Source: a virus. Taken from it: DNA of 64,000 nt. The notes beneath the pieces are model-generated. The model saw only the letters and a list, made by a program, of their open reading frames with translations, was not told where the DNA came from and did no database searches. Both the position numbers and the translations under genes were made by a program. The stretch lies in the IMG/VR virus record IMGVR_UViG_3300028920_000039, positions 1-64,000 of that record; one strand, written 5' to 3'. Positions 16,275 to 26,226 of the stretch are shown here, in pieces (position 1 is the first letter of the stretch; each line of letters begins with the position of its first letter).

Positions 16275-17045
16275 ATGACAGCCGAACCCACCAAACTTCC
16301 TAAGAAGCGATCTAAGCGAAACCAGATGATGTTTGACCCATCTTGGTGCGATAGAAAGCTGCATTCGTACCATGAAGGTGCTGTAGTGGTCGGTGATTTC
16401 TTTGAGGAGGCAACCAGCAACCTGCTTTCCTCAGCTCGATTTCTGACAGATAGCACAGCTGACACATGTCCTGATGTGAAAGAGCCTTCTCGATGTGAGT
16501 TCTTTGTGGAATCTAAAGCGATGGGTCTCAACACAGGGCGCAGGTTTCCACTAGCAGAAGAACAACTCAAGGCTTACGAAGCTTTCGTAGAGAACTACTT
16601 TCCTTCTATGGACATAAACGAACCAGATTGGGAGCCTTCCCTTCTGTTTGCCTTCTGGATGTATGAGTTAGAAGAAGGGAAGATCGGTGATTACCAGTAT
16701 GTGAATGATCTTCGAGAGATTCTGGCCAAGTCTGTGGTGGCCTTGTTTTTGCTTGATTTCGATGTTGTGAAAGGAATGCTGAAGAACAAAAAGCTCGAAA
16801 ACTACAAGATGTATCGTCCTTTCTACAGTTTGCGTCGAACCGACTTTCGTCTGCTAGAAACCGATTGGCGAGCCTTCCTGAAGAAAGTCGAGATACCGAT
16901 CAACGGGCATGCTTTCTTCTCAACCCAGATCAAGAGTCGTCAAGTCTACAGTTTGAAGCTTCGCCCATTCGAACTAAATGTACTTGTGGATGGGCATGGC
17001 ATGTCAAAGCAAGCCTTTCGTTTGTTCCTGTCAAAGGTGATGTGA
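16275..17045 (+). CDS. PD-(D/E)XK-like nuclease, putative
   Basis: CPDV...FFVESK pattern; GAGGAG RBS. Confidence 0.55.
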   Translation: MTAEPTKLPKKRSKRNQMMFDPSWCDRKLHSYHEGAVVVGDFFEEATSNLLSSARFLTDSTADTCPDVKEPSRCEFFVESKAMGLNTGRRFPLAEEQLKAYEAFVENYFPSMDINEPDWEPSLLFAFWMYELEEGKIGDYQYVNDLREILAKSVVALFLLDFDVVKGMLKNKKLENYKMYRPFYSLRRTDFRLLETDWRAFLKKVEIPINGHAFFSTQIKSRQVYSLKLRPFELNVLVDGHGMSKQAFRLFLSKVM

Positions 17046-17731
17046 TGGCTAGAAACTGGTTAGTGGAGTTCAGAGTCAAGCAGAAGAAGGTCGACGGTAA
17101 GTGGGAACCTACCCGAGACGACGTTCTCAGCCTTGTTAAGAAAAAGATACTTGGCGGTGGCTTTCCACCGACTCTTGCCGAATCTCTTAAGTGTATCAAC
17201 AAGACAACAACGGGTAGCAAAGCTCGTGGATCCGACTACGAAAGAAGGGTTGCCAAAGTACTTGGTGCGTGGTGGTGGGGCAAACCATTCAGGCGAACCC
17301 CTAACAGTGGCGGATGGGACAAGCAAACCACGGACGGCGAAGTAATGGCGGCAGGTGATCTTATTGCTCCTGAAGAGGCGAAGTTCCCCTTCTGCGTTGA
17401 ATGCAAACATCGAAAGGAACACCTCAACCTGTTTGCCCAGCAGACCGGGTCTAGTGATTGTGTGTTTGACTGGTGGGATCAGTGCGTGCAGGATGCCAAC
17501 ACTAGCAAGAAAGAGCCTCTTCTCATCATGTCGTGTGGTAGGGTTGAGTACGTTGCTTTCACTTCTGGGTTGTTTGATATAGTGGATGCCGTCAAACTTC
17601 CTGATAGTATTGTCAGGGTGTATCATGATTATCATTGTCACGAAAGGCTGGAAGGATACTTCGAGATGGTTTTATTGAAACAGCTGTTGGAAGGGAAACC
17701 CTATGGCAAAGAAGAAAGAGCTGACACCTGA
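17045..17731 (+). CDS. Holliday junction resolvase-like (Hjc/PD-(D/E)XK) nuclease
   Basis: KARGSDYERRVAK, RRTPNSGG, GDLI, VECKHR. Confidence 0.8.
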   Translation: MARNWLVEFRVKQKKVDGKWEPTRDDVLSLVKKKILGGGFPPTLAESLKCINKTTTGSKARGSDYERRVAKVLGAWWWGKPFRRTPNSGGWDKQTTDGEVMAAGDLIAPEEAKFPFCVECKHRKEHLNLFAQQTGSSDCVFDWWDQCVQDANTSKKEPLLIMSCGRVEYVAFTSGLFDIVDAVKLPDSIVRVYHDYHCHERLEGYFEMVLLKQLLEGKPYGKEERADT

Positions 17732-18476
17732 AGAGGAAGAGAAACTGAAGAAGGAGAAACCCTTCAAGTGTCCGATATGTGATTATCGGGCCAAGATGAA
17801 GTCTCTGTTGACTCGGCATATCAACTTCCATCACAAGGAGATCGTTAGCAAGACTCCCAAGCATCTTCTTGAGGCGATACATGGTCACGCCAATGTTTCA
17901 GACATGTTGGTGGCTGTGGCTGAGTGGGTGGAACGTAACAGCAACTTCGACGAGCATCTACCAGAGGATGTGGTGTCTTACCTGCGTCGAGAAGACGCCA
18001 AGACACAGCTGATATTGAGGGTTATCGCTATCGGCAAGATCCAACGGGCCCTTGGCTTGGCTGATAAGATCAAGACTTTGGAACAGGAGTTTGATGCGAA
18101 GCTTCAAGAGAAAAACTTCAAAGAAAACGCTACTGCTGGCAGCTTGCTGGGTCTCATTGAACGAATGCAAACACTACAGGAAAGCGAGCTGAACTTCTTG
18201 AAGGGCATTGCACAATTGGGTGAGGTGAACCTTGCTGATGTAATCGATAAGTTAGTTGGCGCGTTCGGTTCAGCTCGATTTGGTAACAAGAAAACAGCAA
18301 TGGGATTTCAATTGACAGGCGTTGCTCTTCCTGAAGACCCCGGAGAGCGTGAACAGCTCAGAACTATTCTTAGACACATAGGAGCAGAGGACATAGTTGA
18401 CGATGGACAACCTGGCGGACCAGATATCCCGATTGAGGCCGACTACGAGGAAAGCCCTGGACCAGATTCTGATTAA
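17703..18476 (+). CDS. Candidate terminase small subunit with N-terminal C2H2 zinc finger
   Basis: EKPFKCPICDYRAKMKSLLTRHINFHH; helical body; immediately upstream of and overlapping TerL. Confidence 0.55.
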   Translation: MAKKKELTPEEEEKLKKEKPFKCPICDYRAKMKSLLTRHINFHHKEIVSKTPKHLLEAIHGHANVSDMLVAVAEWVERNSNFDEHLPEDVVSYLRREDAKTQLILRVIAIGKIQRALGLADKIKTLEQEFDAKLQEKNFKENATAGSLLGLIERMQTLQESELNFLKGIAQLGEVNLADVIDKLVGAFGSARFGNKKTAMGFQLTGVALPEDPGEREQLRTILRHIGAEDIVDDGQPGGPDIPIEADYEESPGPDSD

Positions 18477-20274
18477 CATTCAGGAGACGGAAAGTCTTAA
18501 CATACTTGATAGCCTGAATGCGTTGGACTACGAAAGGGAAGTGGTTCCTCCGCGGCAGTTTCTCGAGGATGACTATTACCTTGGCAAATCGGTCAAACAT
18601 CTCTCCGAGACTTGGAAGGTTGAGTTCGACGAGATTTTTCACCCTGACAGCACCATAGGTACATTGGTTCTGACAGGTTCTATCGGTTGTGGAAAGACGA
18701 CCTTCTCCGCTTGTTGCTTGGCCCGCCTTGCATATGAGCTCAGTTGCTTACACGACCCTGCTCACTTCTTTGGGCTCCTGCCTCGTTCTAAGATTATCTT
18801 CGGCATCTACAACGTGACGTTAGATAAGGCTGATGACTTGACGAATGTGGTAGAGGAGTTCATCAAAGAAAGCCCTTACTTTCAGGAGAATTGTCCGGTA
18901 CGAGAGCGTCCGCGGTATCCTCTTTACTTCTCCTCAAAGCGAATCGAAATCTCTACCGGTAGTCTTAGCACCCATGCTCTTGGTGACAATGTCTTGAGCT
19001 TTGTGCTAGACGAGGTCAACTTCTTCAAGAAGGTGCAGAACCCTGATGCCGCTAATCAGAAGACTCGTGCGCATTCAATCTTCAACGAAGCCCGTACACG
19101 ACAGATCTCCCGATTCCAGAGAGGTTCCAAGGTGTCGGGCCTCAACATTCTCATTTCGTCTCGGAAGTATCAGACCTCCTTCTTAGATGAGTTCATTGAG
19201 AAAGCCAAGTCTGACCCAGAGATTTCGAAGCATGTTAAGGTGGTAGAGCTCGCGCTATGGCAGGTAAAAAATCCTGAGGACTTCAGTGGTGAATACTTCG
19301 AGGTACTAATTGGTACAGAGCATTATGCTTCTCGAGTGCTTGAGTTTGAAGAGGTGATCCCCTCGGGGGGTGAGGTGGTAAAGGTTCCGGTGGAATACAG
19401 GGACCCTTTCGTTACTGATCCTGATTTGGCCCTCCGAGATATCGCTGGTGTCTCTACAGCTGGCTCAACAGCATTCTTTCCTGTAAAAGACAGGATTATC
19501 AACTGTATTGATCATAATCGTACACATCCTTTCACACGTCCTGTCGTCACTATTCCGCTTATGAGCGATCGTACCATTGACGAGTTTTTCCAAGAGCGTA
19601 AGGTGTGTCGGATTGAGCATAGCGTTTGGACACCTTTGGTGCATCCGAACGCTGAACGGCATGTCCACATCGACTTGGCTTACTCTGAGGAATGCATCGG
19701 AATGACGATGGCTCATCCGTATACTATGAATGATTCGCGATTCGGTGTGTATGTTGACTTCATGTTGCGGATCAAGCCTCCAACGGTTGGTGAACTCGAA
19801 CTCGGTTGTGTGCTGAAATTCTTGCAGCTTTTGAAAAGCACCTATCGATACCGGATCAAGAAGGTCACTTTTGACCAGTTCCAATCCCGAATGCCCATTC
19901 AACTATTGTTGCAGGCTGGATTCGAAGCTGAGCAGTTGAGCATTGATTTGGTCCACTACACCCATCTGAAAACCTGCTTCAACGAACGTCGTATCAACAT
20001 GTATGAATACGCCCCACTGCTGGAGGAGTGTGATGGGTTACAAAAGGATCCTGCAGGCGGCCGACCCCATCACAAAAGCGAAGCAGAAGAGTTTGATGAT
20101 GTGACCGATTCACTGGCTGGTGCGGTGTCAAGATGCTATAACGTCACTTCCGCTCGAGTAAAGAAAGGAACTGTTAAGAAGGACAAAGTCCATCTTCCTC
20201 GGGTAGACGCTGGTCCAATTGTCATGTCAGTCAATGTGGACCACAATCAAGAAGAATTCCGAGATCAGTTCTAA
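18403..20274 (+). CDS. Terminase large subunit
   Basis: Walker A GSIGCGKT, Walker B VLDEVNF, ISS coupling motif, nuclease HIDLA...TFDQFQS...DDVTDSLAG; portal gene downstream. Confidence 0.9.
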   Translation: MDNLADQISRLRPTTRKALDQILINIQETESLNILDSLNALDYEREVVPPRQFLEDDYYLGKSVKHLSETWKVEFDEIFHPDSTIGTLVLTGSIGCGKTTFSACCLARLAYELSCLHDPAHFFGLLPRSKIIFGIYNVTLDKADDLTNVVEEFIKESPYFQENCPVRERPRYPLYFSSKRIEISTGSLSTHALGDNVLSFVLDEVNFFKKVQNPDAANQKTRAHSIFNEARTRQISRFQRGSKVSGLNILISSRKYQTSFLDEFIEKAKSDPEISKHVKVVELALWQVKNPEDFSGEYFEVLIGTEHYASRVLEFEEVIPSGGEVVKVPVEYRDPFVTDPDLALRDIAGVSTAGSTAFFPVKDRIINCIDHNRTHPFTRPVVTIPLMSDRTIDEFFQERKVCRIEHSVWTPLVHPNAERHVHIDLAYSEECIGMTMAHPYTMNDSRFGVYVDFMLRIKPPTVGELELGCVLKFLQLLKSTYRYRIKKVTFDQFQSRMPIQLLLQAGFEAEQLSIDLVHYTHLKTCFNERRINMYEYAPLLEECDGLQKDPAGGRPHHKSEAEEFDDVTDSLAGAVSRCYNVTSARVKKGTVKKDKVHLPRVDAGPIVMSVNVDHNQEEFRDQF

Positions 20275-20333
20275 AAACATATCTGAGACTGGCAAACCTT
20301 TTGTATAATACTTTGTAACTTTGAAAGGAGTTT

Positions 20334-20993
20334 GTGATGAAAAACAAACAGATTGAGGCTGCAATCGACATGGTGATGGAGCAAGAAGGTGAAAGCTGGA
20401 AAACAGACCCTATTTTGAGCAAGTTTCCTCTTGTGAAAGATAAGGGTCCTTACAGTGAAACGGATAGAAAAATAACTCGTAAAGAATGGAAGAAAGTAAA
20501 GCGTCGGTTGGAACAACTAGGCTACATTCGAGGAGATATAGAGCATGATTGGGGTCGAGGAGGAGGTAGCCGAGTATACTACAACCTTCCCGATAGATCA
20601 GATGAATGGATTATTTTCTTTATAACAAATCCACTGCCCGGCACGGACCCTAAAAGGACTGTAACCATTCGTCACTATGGCGTTCACGGAATGGTGCAGA
20701 ATGAAGCTGAGTACGTCGCGGGTCCTGATCTTGATCTTGGCAATCTGAAAGTAGGAGATACAGTCAAAGATTCTGAAACAGGTGAGATCATTTCGCCTAT
20801 CAAAGGGAAAACTGTCATCCTTAACAGGGGCTATGCAGCCAAGGATGAAACAGGCAGGATCGATATTGTCAAAAACCTTTTAGGTGGCCCGGAGATAAGG
20901 TTTTGGTTGTATCCTGATGAAATTGCCGCTCTGCATTCGTTGATCATGCCCACAGAATCTTCAGAAAGCGGGGGAGATTCGGATGCCACTTGA
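20334..20993 (+). CDS. Hypothetical tagged protein (QIEAAIDMVMEQ)
   Basis: AAGGAG RBS; tag near the N-terminus. Confidence 0.8.
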   Translation: MMKNKQIEAAIDMVMEQEGESWKTDPILSKFPLVKDKGPYSETDRKITRKEWKKVKRRLEQLGYIRGDIEHDWGRGGGSRVYYNLPDRSDEWIIFFITNPLPGTDPKRTVTIRHYGVHGMVQNEAEYVAGPDLDLGNLKVGDTVKDSETGEIISPIKGKTVILNRGYAAKDETGRIDIVKNLLGGPEIRFWLYPDEIAALHSLIMPTESSESGGDSDAT

Positions 20994-22050
20994 AAAGAAA
21001 AACCAGAAAATCAGGCGTTGCTTCGGCTGCGGTGAACCTCTGAAACCCGGTGAGAAAACCTTCTGCAAGAAATGCCGGCGAGTTCCTGGGCATGGTGAAT
21101 CTGCTGATCCCATCGAGCAAGCCATTGATATGGTTGGTGAAGCAGACGAGAGGCAACCTAAAACACGAGAGGCTTTAGGAACCGCCCTGCAAAACCTCCA
21201 AACGGCACTTTCCGACAAGATACAGCAGTACGAAGAGTTTGCTTCGGTTACAGTAGATCCGAAAGGTGCTCGGAAGTTGCAAGTGGTTTTCACCCTGGGT
21301 CCTGGTTATGAGAACAAGGTTTTCTATAGATGGGATCCAGAAGGCCCTGTGATTGAGCTTCCTATCGCATACAATGCGAAACAAGGATACAAGTACTTTC
21401 CGTTTTCGCAACGATTGAAGTCCAAGACAAAGAGGTCCGCTTACAGCACCCAAACAGGTATCCACTGGAAAGACGTGGAACCAGAGAGGCTCGCCAAACC
21501 TGTCATCACAACTTCTGCTGATGAACTGGCGGACGTCTTGGTGAAGGATGCTCTCGACAATCTTGTTGGGGAAATGGATGTTGATAGTTGGAATGAGATA
21601 CTGAAGGGCGAATCTCAAGACCCTATCGAACAAGCCATTGATATGGTGATGGAACAGGAAGGTGATTGGATTATAGTGGGGTTCCATAGTAGTGATCCAC
21701 ATGAGGTTTTTGAGCCCGGCCCTATAGTTGATTTACTGGGTCCATTGACTCGAGAGCAGTTTGTGAAAGAGGTTGATAAGTACCTCAAACATCCTGATTT
21801 TAAGAAGAAACCAGGTTATGGTCCCTACAAGCCAATTCCTCATACAACTGGAGAGCCCTATTGGGGTCGGTTTCCTTCAGCCGAAGGGATGATGATGGCT
21901 TCAAATGATGGTGGCTCATATTTCTTTGCAGGTCCTCGAAAGTATGTCATGGATGTGTACAATCATTCAAAAAAGTTTGACGAGATGCCTCCTTGGTATC
22001 ATGATTTTGAGGTTCTCTTTCCTGAGATGTGGCCACCAAAACGACACTAA
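20983..22050 (+). CDS. Three-module protein: Zn ribbon, then two DPIEQAIDMV tags each followed by a domain
   Basis: CFGC...CKKC; GESADPIEQAIDMV; GESQDPIEQAIDMV. Confidence 0.8.
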   Translation: MPLEKKNQKIRRCFGCGEPLKPGEKTFCKKCRRVPGHGESADPIEQAIDMVGEADERQPKTREALGTALQNLQTALSDKIQQYEEFASVTVDPKGARKLQVVFTLGPGYENKVFYRWDPEGPVIELPIAYNAKQGYKYFPFSQRLKSKTKRSAYSTQTGIHWKDVEPERLAKPVITTSADELADVLVKDALDNLVGEMDVDSWNEILKGESQDPIEQAIDMVMEQEGDWIIVGFHSSDPHEVFEPGPIVDLLGPLTREQFVKEVDKYLKHPDFKKKPGYGPYKPIPHTTGEPYWGRFPSAEGMMMASNDGGSYFFAGPRKYVMDVYNHSKKFDEMPPWYHDFEVLFPEMWPPKRH

Positions 22051-22066
22051 GTTGTAAGGAGGGGTA

Positions 22067-22408
22067 ATGAAAGACCCCATCGAACAAGCCATTGATATGG
22101 TGATAGGCGAAGCAGTGCCTTCGCTTGAAGATCCGATTTTCAAAGGTGAGATCAATGAGCTCGGTGACTTCATTTTGGCAGGCAACCTTCCCAAGGCTAT
22201 TGATGCAGTCAAGAATCTGATCAAAAAGGTGCAGAAGTTTGGGCAAGGAATCAGCCCGAAGATGTTTGGTGAAGCCACCCTTATCCTTCCTGACGACATG
22301 GTTTTCCAGGCTGAGATGAATGATCTGAGAGATTTCATTTTGACAGGCAAAGAGCAGAATGCTATCACGATGTTGAGGAAGCTCATCAACCGTGCTTCCA
22401 AACTATAG
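22067..22408 (+). CDS. Tagged protein with internal duplication
   Basis: MKDPIEQAIDMV; EINELGDFILAG and EMNDLRDFILTG repeat. Confidence 0.8.
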   Translation: MKDPIEQAIDMVIGEAVPSLEDPIFKGEINELGDFILAGNLPKAIDAVKNLIKKVQKFGQGISPKMFGEATLILPDDMVFQAEMNDLRDFILTGKEQNAITMLRKLINRASKL

Positions 22409-22416
22409 GAGTAAAA

Positions 22417-23322
22417 ATGAAAATCAAACTAGATGAAGCAATAGATATGCTTTGTGGTGATGAAGAGCCGACAGAGCGCAAACGTGAATTCTTTCAGTAC
22501 ATCAAATCTGGCAATGAGTTTCAGCCCGTCGGCCCCATCAAGCTCGTAGATCGACTGGATCCCTATGCTTACCGTATCCTGACATGCCCTCTCCGATTCC
22601 AGAAGGAGGACATCAGCACAGACCAGCTGTACATGTTCGAGGGCTCCAAGATGAACGCTGTCATGGAAGAGATCAAGCGTTTCTGGACACTCAAGGATAA
22701 CTTCGAGAAACTGGGTCTGCTTCACAACCGCGGCATTCTCATGTATGGCCCTCCCGGCACTGGCAAGACTTGTCTCATCAAGCAGGTCACCGAGCACATG
22801 ATGTCACAGGGCGATGTGCTGATCCATGCTCGTTCCCTCGGACCGGTTCTGCAGGGTTTGCCTGTTCTCAGAGAGGTTGAGTCTAGCAGGCGTTTGGTTG
22901 TGGTGTTTGAAGACATGGACGAATACATCGGCTATGACGAGCGAAACATGCTTCAGCTGCTCGACGGATCGTCTTCAGTGGACAATGTGCTCTTCCTGGG
23001 TACTACCAACTACATCGAGAAGTTTCCTGAGCGCCTGCTGCGCCCGGGCAGATTCGACAAGAAGGTAAGAATCGACTATCCTCCGGTAGAGGGGCGGCTT
23101 GTTTATCTGCAACATAAGCTCAAGGGAATTGAGGAGGAAGAGAAGATCCAACAGCTGGCTCGGCAGACGAAGGGCTTCTCGTTCGGACATCTTCGCGAAC
23201 TTGTTATCGCCGGCTACGCCTTCCAAGAGGATGTGAATGAGGTGATCAAGCGGCTCGGTGGCACTTCCTACAACATGCTTCCTGAAAGGGAAGAAGGGTT
23301 GATTGAAAGCCTGCGGAGGTAA
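22417..23322 (+). CDS. AAA+ ATPase with N-terminal tag
   Basis: GPPGTGKT, FEDMD, GTTN, RLLRPGRFD; MKIKLDEAIDML N-terminus. Confidence 0.9.
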   Translation: MKIKLDEAIDMLCGDEEPTERKREFFQYIKSGNEFQPVGPIKLVDRLDPYAYRILTCPLRFQKEDISTDQLYMFEGSKMNAVMEEIKRFWTLKDNFEKLGLLHNRGILMYGPPGTGKTCLIKQVTEHMMSQGDVLIHARSLGPVLQGLPVLREVESSRRLVVVFEDMDEYIGYDERNMLQLLDGSSSVDNVLFLGTTNYIEKFPERLLRPGRFDKKVRIDYPPVEGRLVYLQHKLKGIEEEEKIQQLARQTKGFSFGHLRELVIAGYAFQEDVNEVIKRLGGTSYNMLPEREEGLIESLRR

Positions 23323-24004
23323 CATGACTGCTAAAGACTTTTGGGTTGAATACTTCTCACCTGTCGGTGAGTATGGGGCCTATGGAGGTTATTCTCCTAT
23401 AGACAAGCTCGAAACCGAAGAAGAGAAATGGGCGGCTGTGGCTGATGACGTTATGGCCGATTACAGTCCTGATTTGGATGATCTGATGGTTCGAGGAGAA
23501 TTTCCACCTTCCGTTGCGAGGAGGATCAATTCAATCTACGACGCTATCAAAGCCAAGTACGGTATAAAGGAAACTACAGATCCTATCGAGCAAGCCATTG
23601 ATATGGTTTTATCTGAGCGAGTGTCAGGGGGAACCCGACTGAAGCGAGCACTCCCCAGCAATGCCAAAATCATCCCTATTTCTAAGTGGAGTCAGGATGA
23701 TGTGATTGAGCGCCTCCTTGCAGATGATGGTATACCTGTTGAAAGAGACGGTGAGTTTTTGAAGGTGTGGGATGATTCATACATTGGGTATGCAGATGTT
23801 GATGGGATCGTTTTTCAGATAGCCACTAATTGGATTCCTCTATGGCAAGCAAAGGAATGGGAAGACTTTCAAAGATTGGCTGACCCAGGCACATTGTATG
23901 CTATTTCTGCTGAGGACTATATGGACAGGCAAGAGGATCTTGAAACTGCGATTGAAGATATGGGCGCAGCCGGTTTCGAAGTAGGCAGTTTCGAAGGCTT
24001 CTGA
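23303..24004 (+). CDS. Two-module tagged protein
   Basis: KETTDPIEQAIDMVLSE linker in mid-protein. Confidence 0.75.
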   Translation: MKACGGNMTAKDFWVEYFSPVGEYGAYGGYSPIDKLETEEEKWAAVADDVMADYSPDLDDLMVRGEFPPSVARRINSIYDAIKAKYGIKETTDPIEQAIDMVLSERVSGGTRLKRALPSNAKIIPISKWSQDDVIERLLADDGIPVERDGEFLKVWDDSYIGYADVDGIVFQIATNWIPLWQAKEWEDFQRLADPGTLYAISAEDYMDRQEDLETAIEDMGAAGFEVGSFEGF

Positions 24005-24032
24005 TTGACAGTTGTAAGAACAAGAGAGTGAT

Positions 24033-26045
24033 ATGGCACTAATCAAGCTTCAGCCCTGGCGGGCCATCAAAGTTCTGTTCGGCTACAGCGCCGATGGTAA
24101 CAAGCAGAGTCTCGTCATGCCACACGGCATGAAGAACCTTGCCATGAATATGTACACCTACGGCAAGGACCCCCTTTCTACATGGTACGCTCGCAAGGTT
24201 CACCTTACCCAAGATCGTTTGCAAGCATACAAAGAGTTCGACGATATGGACTCTGATGACGTTGTTGTTTCAGCATTGGACCTTTACGCGGAGGACTCGA
24301 CTCAAGCGGACACTAATACCGGTCGTCGAATTTGGGTCGAGGCAGAGGATGAGAAGGTTGAAGAAATTTGCAATGACATGTTTGATAGGATCAATGCTGA
24401 CGAGCAATGCTTCTCGATCACACGTGAAATTGCCAAGTATGGTAACTCCTTCGGCGCTGTTATTCAGGAAGAGAATGCTGACGGAACGCCAGGAAAGGTC
24501 ATACAGCTTTTGGCGGCTCCGGTGTATGCCCTTTCCCGTATCGAAGATGAAGAAGGTCGGCTCATCGGTTTTGCAGTAGCGCCGATTGAGCAGATGGGAA
24601 GTACCATTGGCATGGCGCAGCCCAGTGATCTGACACAAGGTAAGCCAACCGACCCTCCTTGGGCCTTTGTTCATTGGCGGCTGCTCGGTCGTGAAAGGAT
24701 CGAAAGTTATGGCACTTCTCTGTTGTGGCCGGCACGTAGACCTTATCGCCGGCTGCGAATGGCTGAAGACGCACTCGTCATATACCGACTTAAGCGCTCA
24801 CCTGATCGTTTCGTCTTTGGAATCAAAGGTCTGAGCGGCATGGCTCCTGAAGACCGCCAGAAGATCATGCGGAAGATTCGACAGGAACTTCGCAAGAAAC
24901 ATCTCATCAATCCTGAGACGGGGCAGGTTCGCTCAGAGTTGGAACCGCTGGGTGTAGACGAAGACATCATTGTCGACGAAGAATCTGTCAATGTGACACG
25001 CTTGACAGGAAGTGCCCAGGTTAACCATGTGTTGGACATTGAATATCTGCGTAAGCGGTTCATGGGTAGTCTGAAGATCCCCCCTGACTACTTGGGGTTC
25101 TCTGATGCCAAGTCAGGCTTCATTGCTGAGTCTCCTCTTTCCTATCAGGACATCAACTTCGCACGTGTGTGTAAACGCTTGCAAGCGGCAAGTATGGATG
25201 GGTTTTCATTACTGTGTCAGATCAACATGGCTTGGTGTGGCATAGACCCTCGAGCGGGTCTAGCCAAGTTCTTCGTTCACATGAATCCTGTCAGCTCGCT
25301 GGATGAGCGTAATCAACTTGAGCTAGAGAAGGTGAGGGCAGAGACGTTGGAGATTCTCACTAAGGTAGGTGCTGCTCTTGGTATTGATTCCGACGAGTGG
25401 CATGCCTTCCTGCTCAATCGCAGTCGTTTGCCATCACATCTGTTCAGGAAGAGCGGCAAGGATGGAATGGACCTTCTCAGAGGACAAGTGATGGTCGAAA
25501 AGAAACCTCTTGATGAATCCAAGTGCGAGTCTATCGAAGAGTCCCTCAAGACGAGTGATAAGGTCACAGTCGAAGAGAAGCAAGAGTTCAACCAGCGGTT
25601 GCATGGTTTGATCTCTTTGCGAGAGTGGAAGGAAGTCACTGAATACGATGAGGAAGGCAGTCGTCAGATAAAGATCATTGATATGGTTCGTCTGCTCAAT
25701 ATTCGTGAGCTATTCTCGCCTGCACTTGGTTCGAATATTCGTAGCAGCAACGTGGTGCTGCATGTGGTTGAAGATCAGCACATTCCTCTCAGTGTACCAG
25801 GAACCGACAAGAAGCTACTCGAAGCCAAGACGGTAACTGAGTGGAATAGCGAAGATAAAAAGACTGAGGTGAAGAAAACCAAGGATCTGATGGAGCGAAC
25901 CATTGAGGGGTTGAAAAAGAAGCAGGCTGAGGAAGAAGATCGACAGAGAAAGCTTCAAGAGCTATCCGAAAAGTATGGCATTGATCCAGAAGATTTCGAA
26001 GAATTTGACCTTGAGGAGGAAGACGATGAAGAAGATGCTGACTGA
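24033..26045 (+). CDS. Portal protein (T4 gp20-like) with long acidic C-terminal extension
   Basis: YKEFDDMDSDDVVVSALDLYAED, FVHWR, EDALVIYRLKRSPDRFVF, DIEYLRKRFMGSLKIP. Confidence 0.9.
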   Translation: MALIKLQPWRAIKVLFGYSADGNKQSLVMPHGMKNLAMNMYTYGKDPLSTWYARKVHLTQDRLQAYKEFDDMDSDDVVVSALDLYAEDSTQADTNTGRRIWVEAEDEKVEEICNDMFDRINADEQCFSITREIAKYGNSFGAVIQEENADGTPGKVIQLLAAPVYALSRIEDEEGRLIGFAVAPIEQMGSTIGMAQPSDLTQGKPTDPPWAFVHWRLLGRERIESYGTSLLWPARRPYRRLRMAEDALVIYRLKRSPDRFVFGIKGLSGMAPEDRQKIMRKIRQELRKKHLINPETGQVRSELEPLGVDEDIIVDEESVNVTRLTGSAQVNHVLDIEYLRKRFMGSLKIPPDYLGFSDAKSGFIAESPLSYQDINFARVCKRLQAASMDGFSLLCQINMAWCGIDPRAGLAKFFVHMNPVSSLDERNQLELEKVRAETLEILTKVGAALGIDSDEWHAFLLNRSRLPSHLFRKSGKDGMDLLRGQVMVEKKPLDESKCESIEESLKTSDKVTVEEKQEFNQRLHGLISLREWKEVTEYDEEGSRQIKIIDMVRLLNIRELFSPALGSNIRSSNVVLHVVEDQHIPLSVPGTDKKLLEAKTVTEWNSEDKKTEVKKTKDLMERTIEGLKKKQAEEEDRQRKLQELSEKYGIDPEDFEEFDLEEEDDEEDAD

Positions 26046-26226
26046 AGAGCTGCCAAGCTCCGGAACAAGCAATCATGAGCACAACTGGCAGAAACTCGAA
26101 GGCGGGTCTGATAACCCCGACGAGATGGTGCTAGTTTGCAGGCATGAAGGTTGCGGCGCCACCAAAACGGTGCGCAAGCCGAAGCTCCAGGAAGACAAAG
26201 GCGGCAAGCAACTATTACTGGGGTAA
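26026..26226 (+). CDS. Small Zn-binding-like protein
   Basis: GAGGAGG RBS; HEHNW...CRHEGC. Confidence 0.55.
   Translation: MKKMLTEELPSSGTSNHEHNWQKLEGGSDNPDEMVLVCRHEGCGATKTVRKPKLQEDKGGKQLLLG

Noticed and set aside
18403-20274. Intein or intron in TerL, LigA or portal
   Set aside because: Lengths and motif spacing are normal; no C...HN splice signatures or LAGLIDADG insert seen
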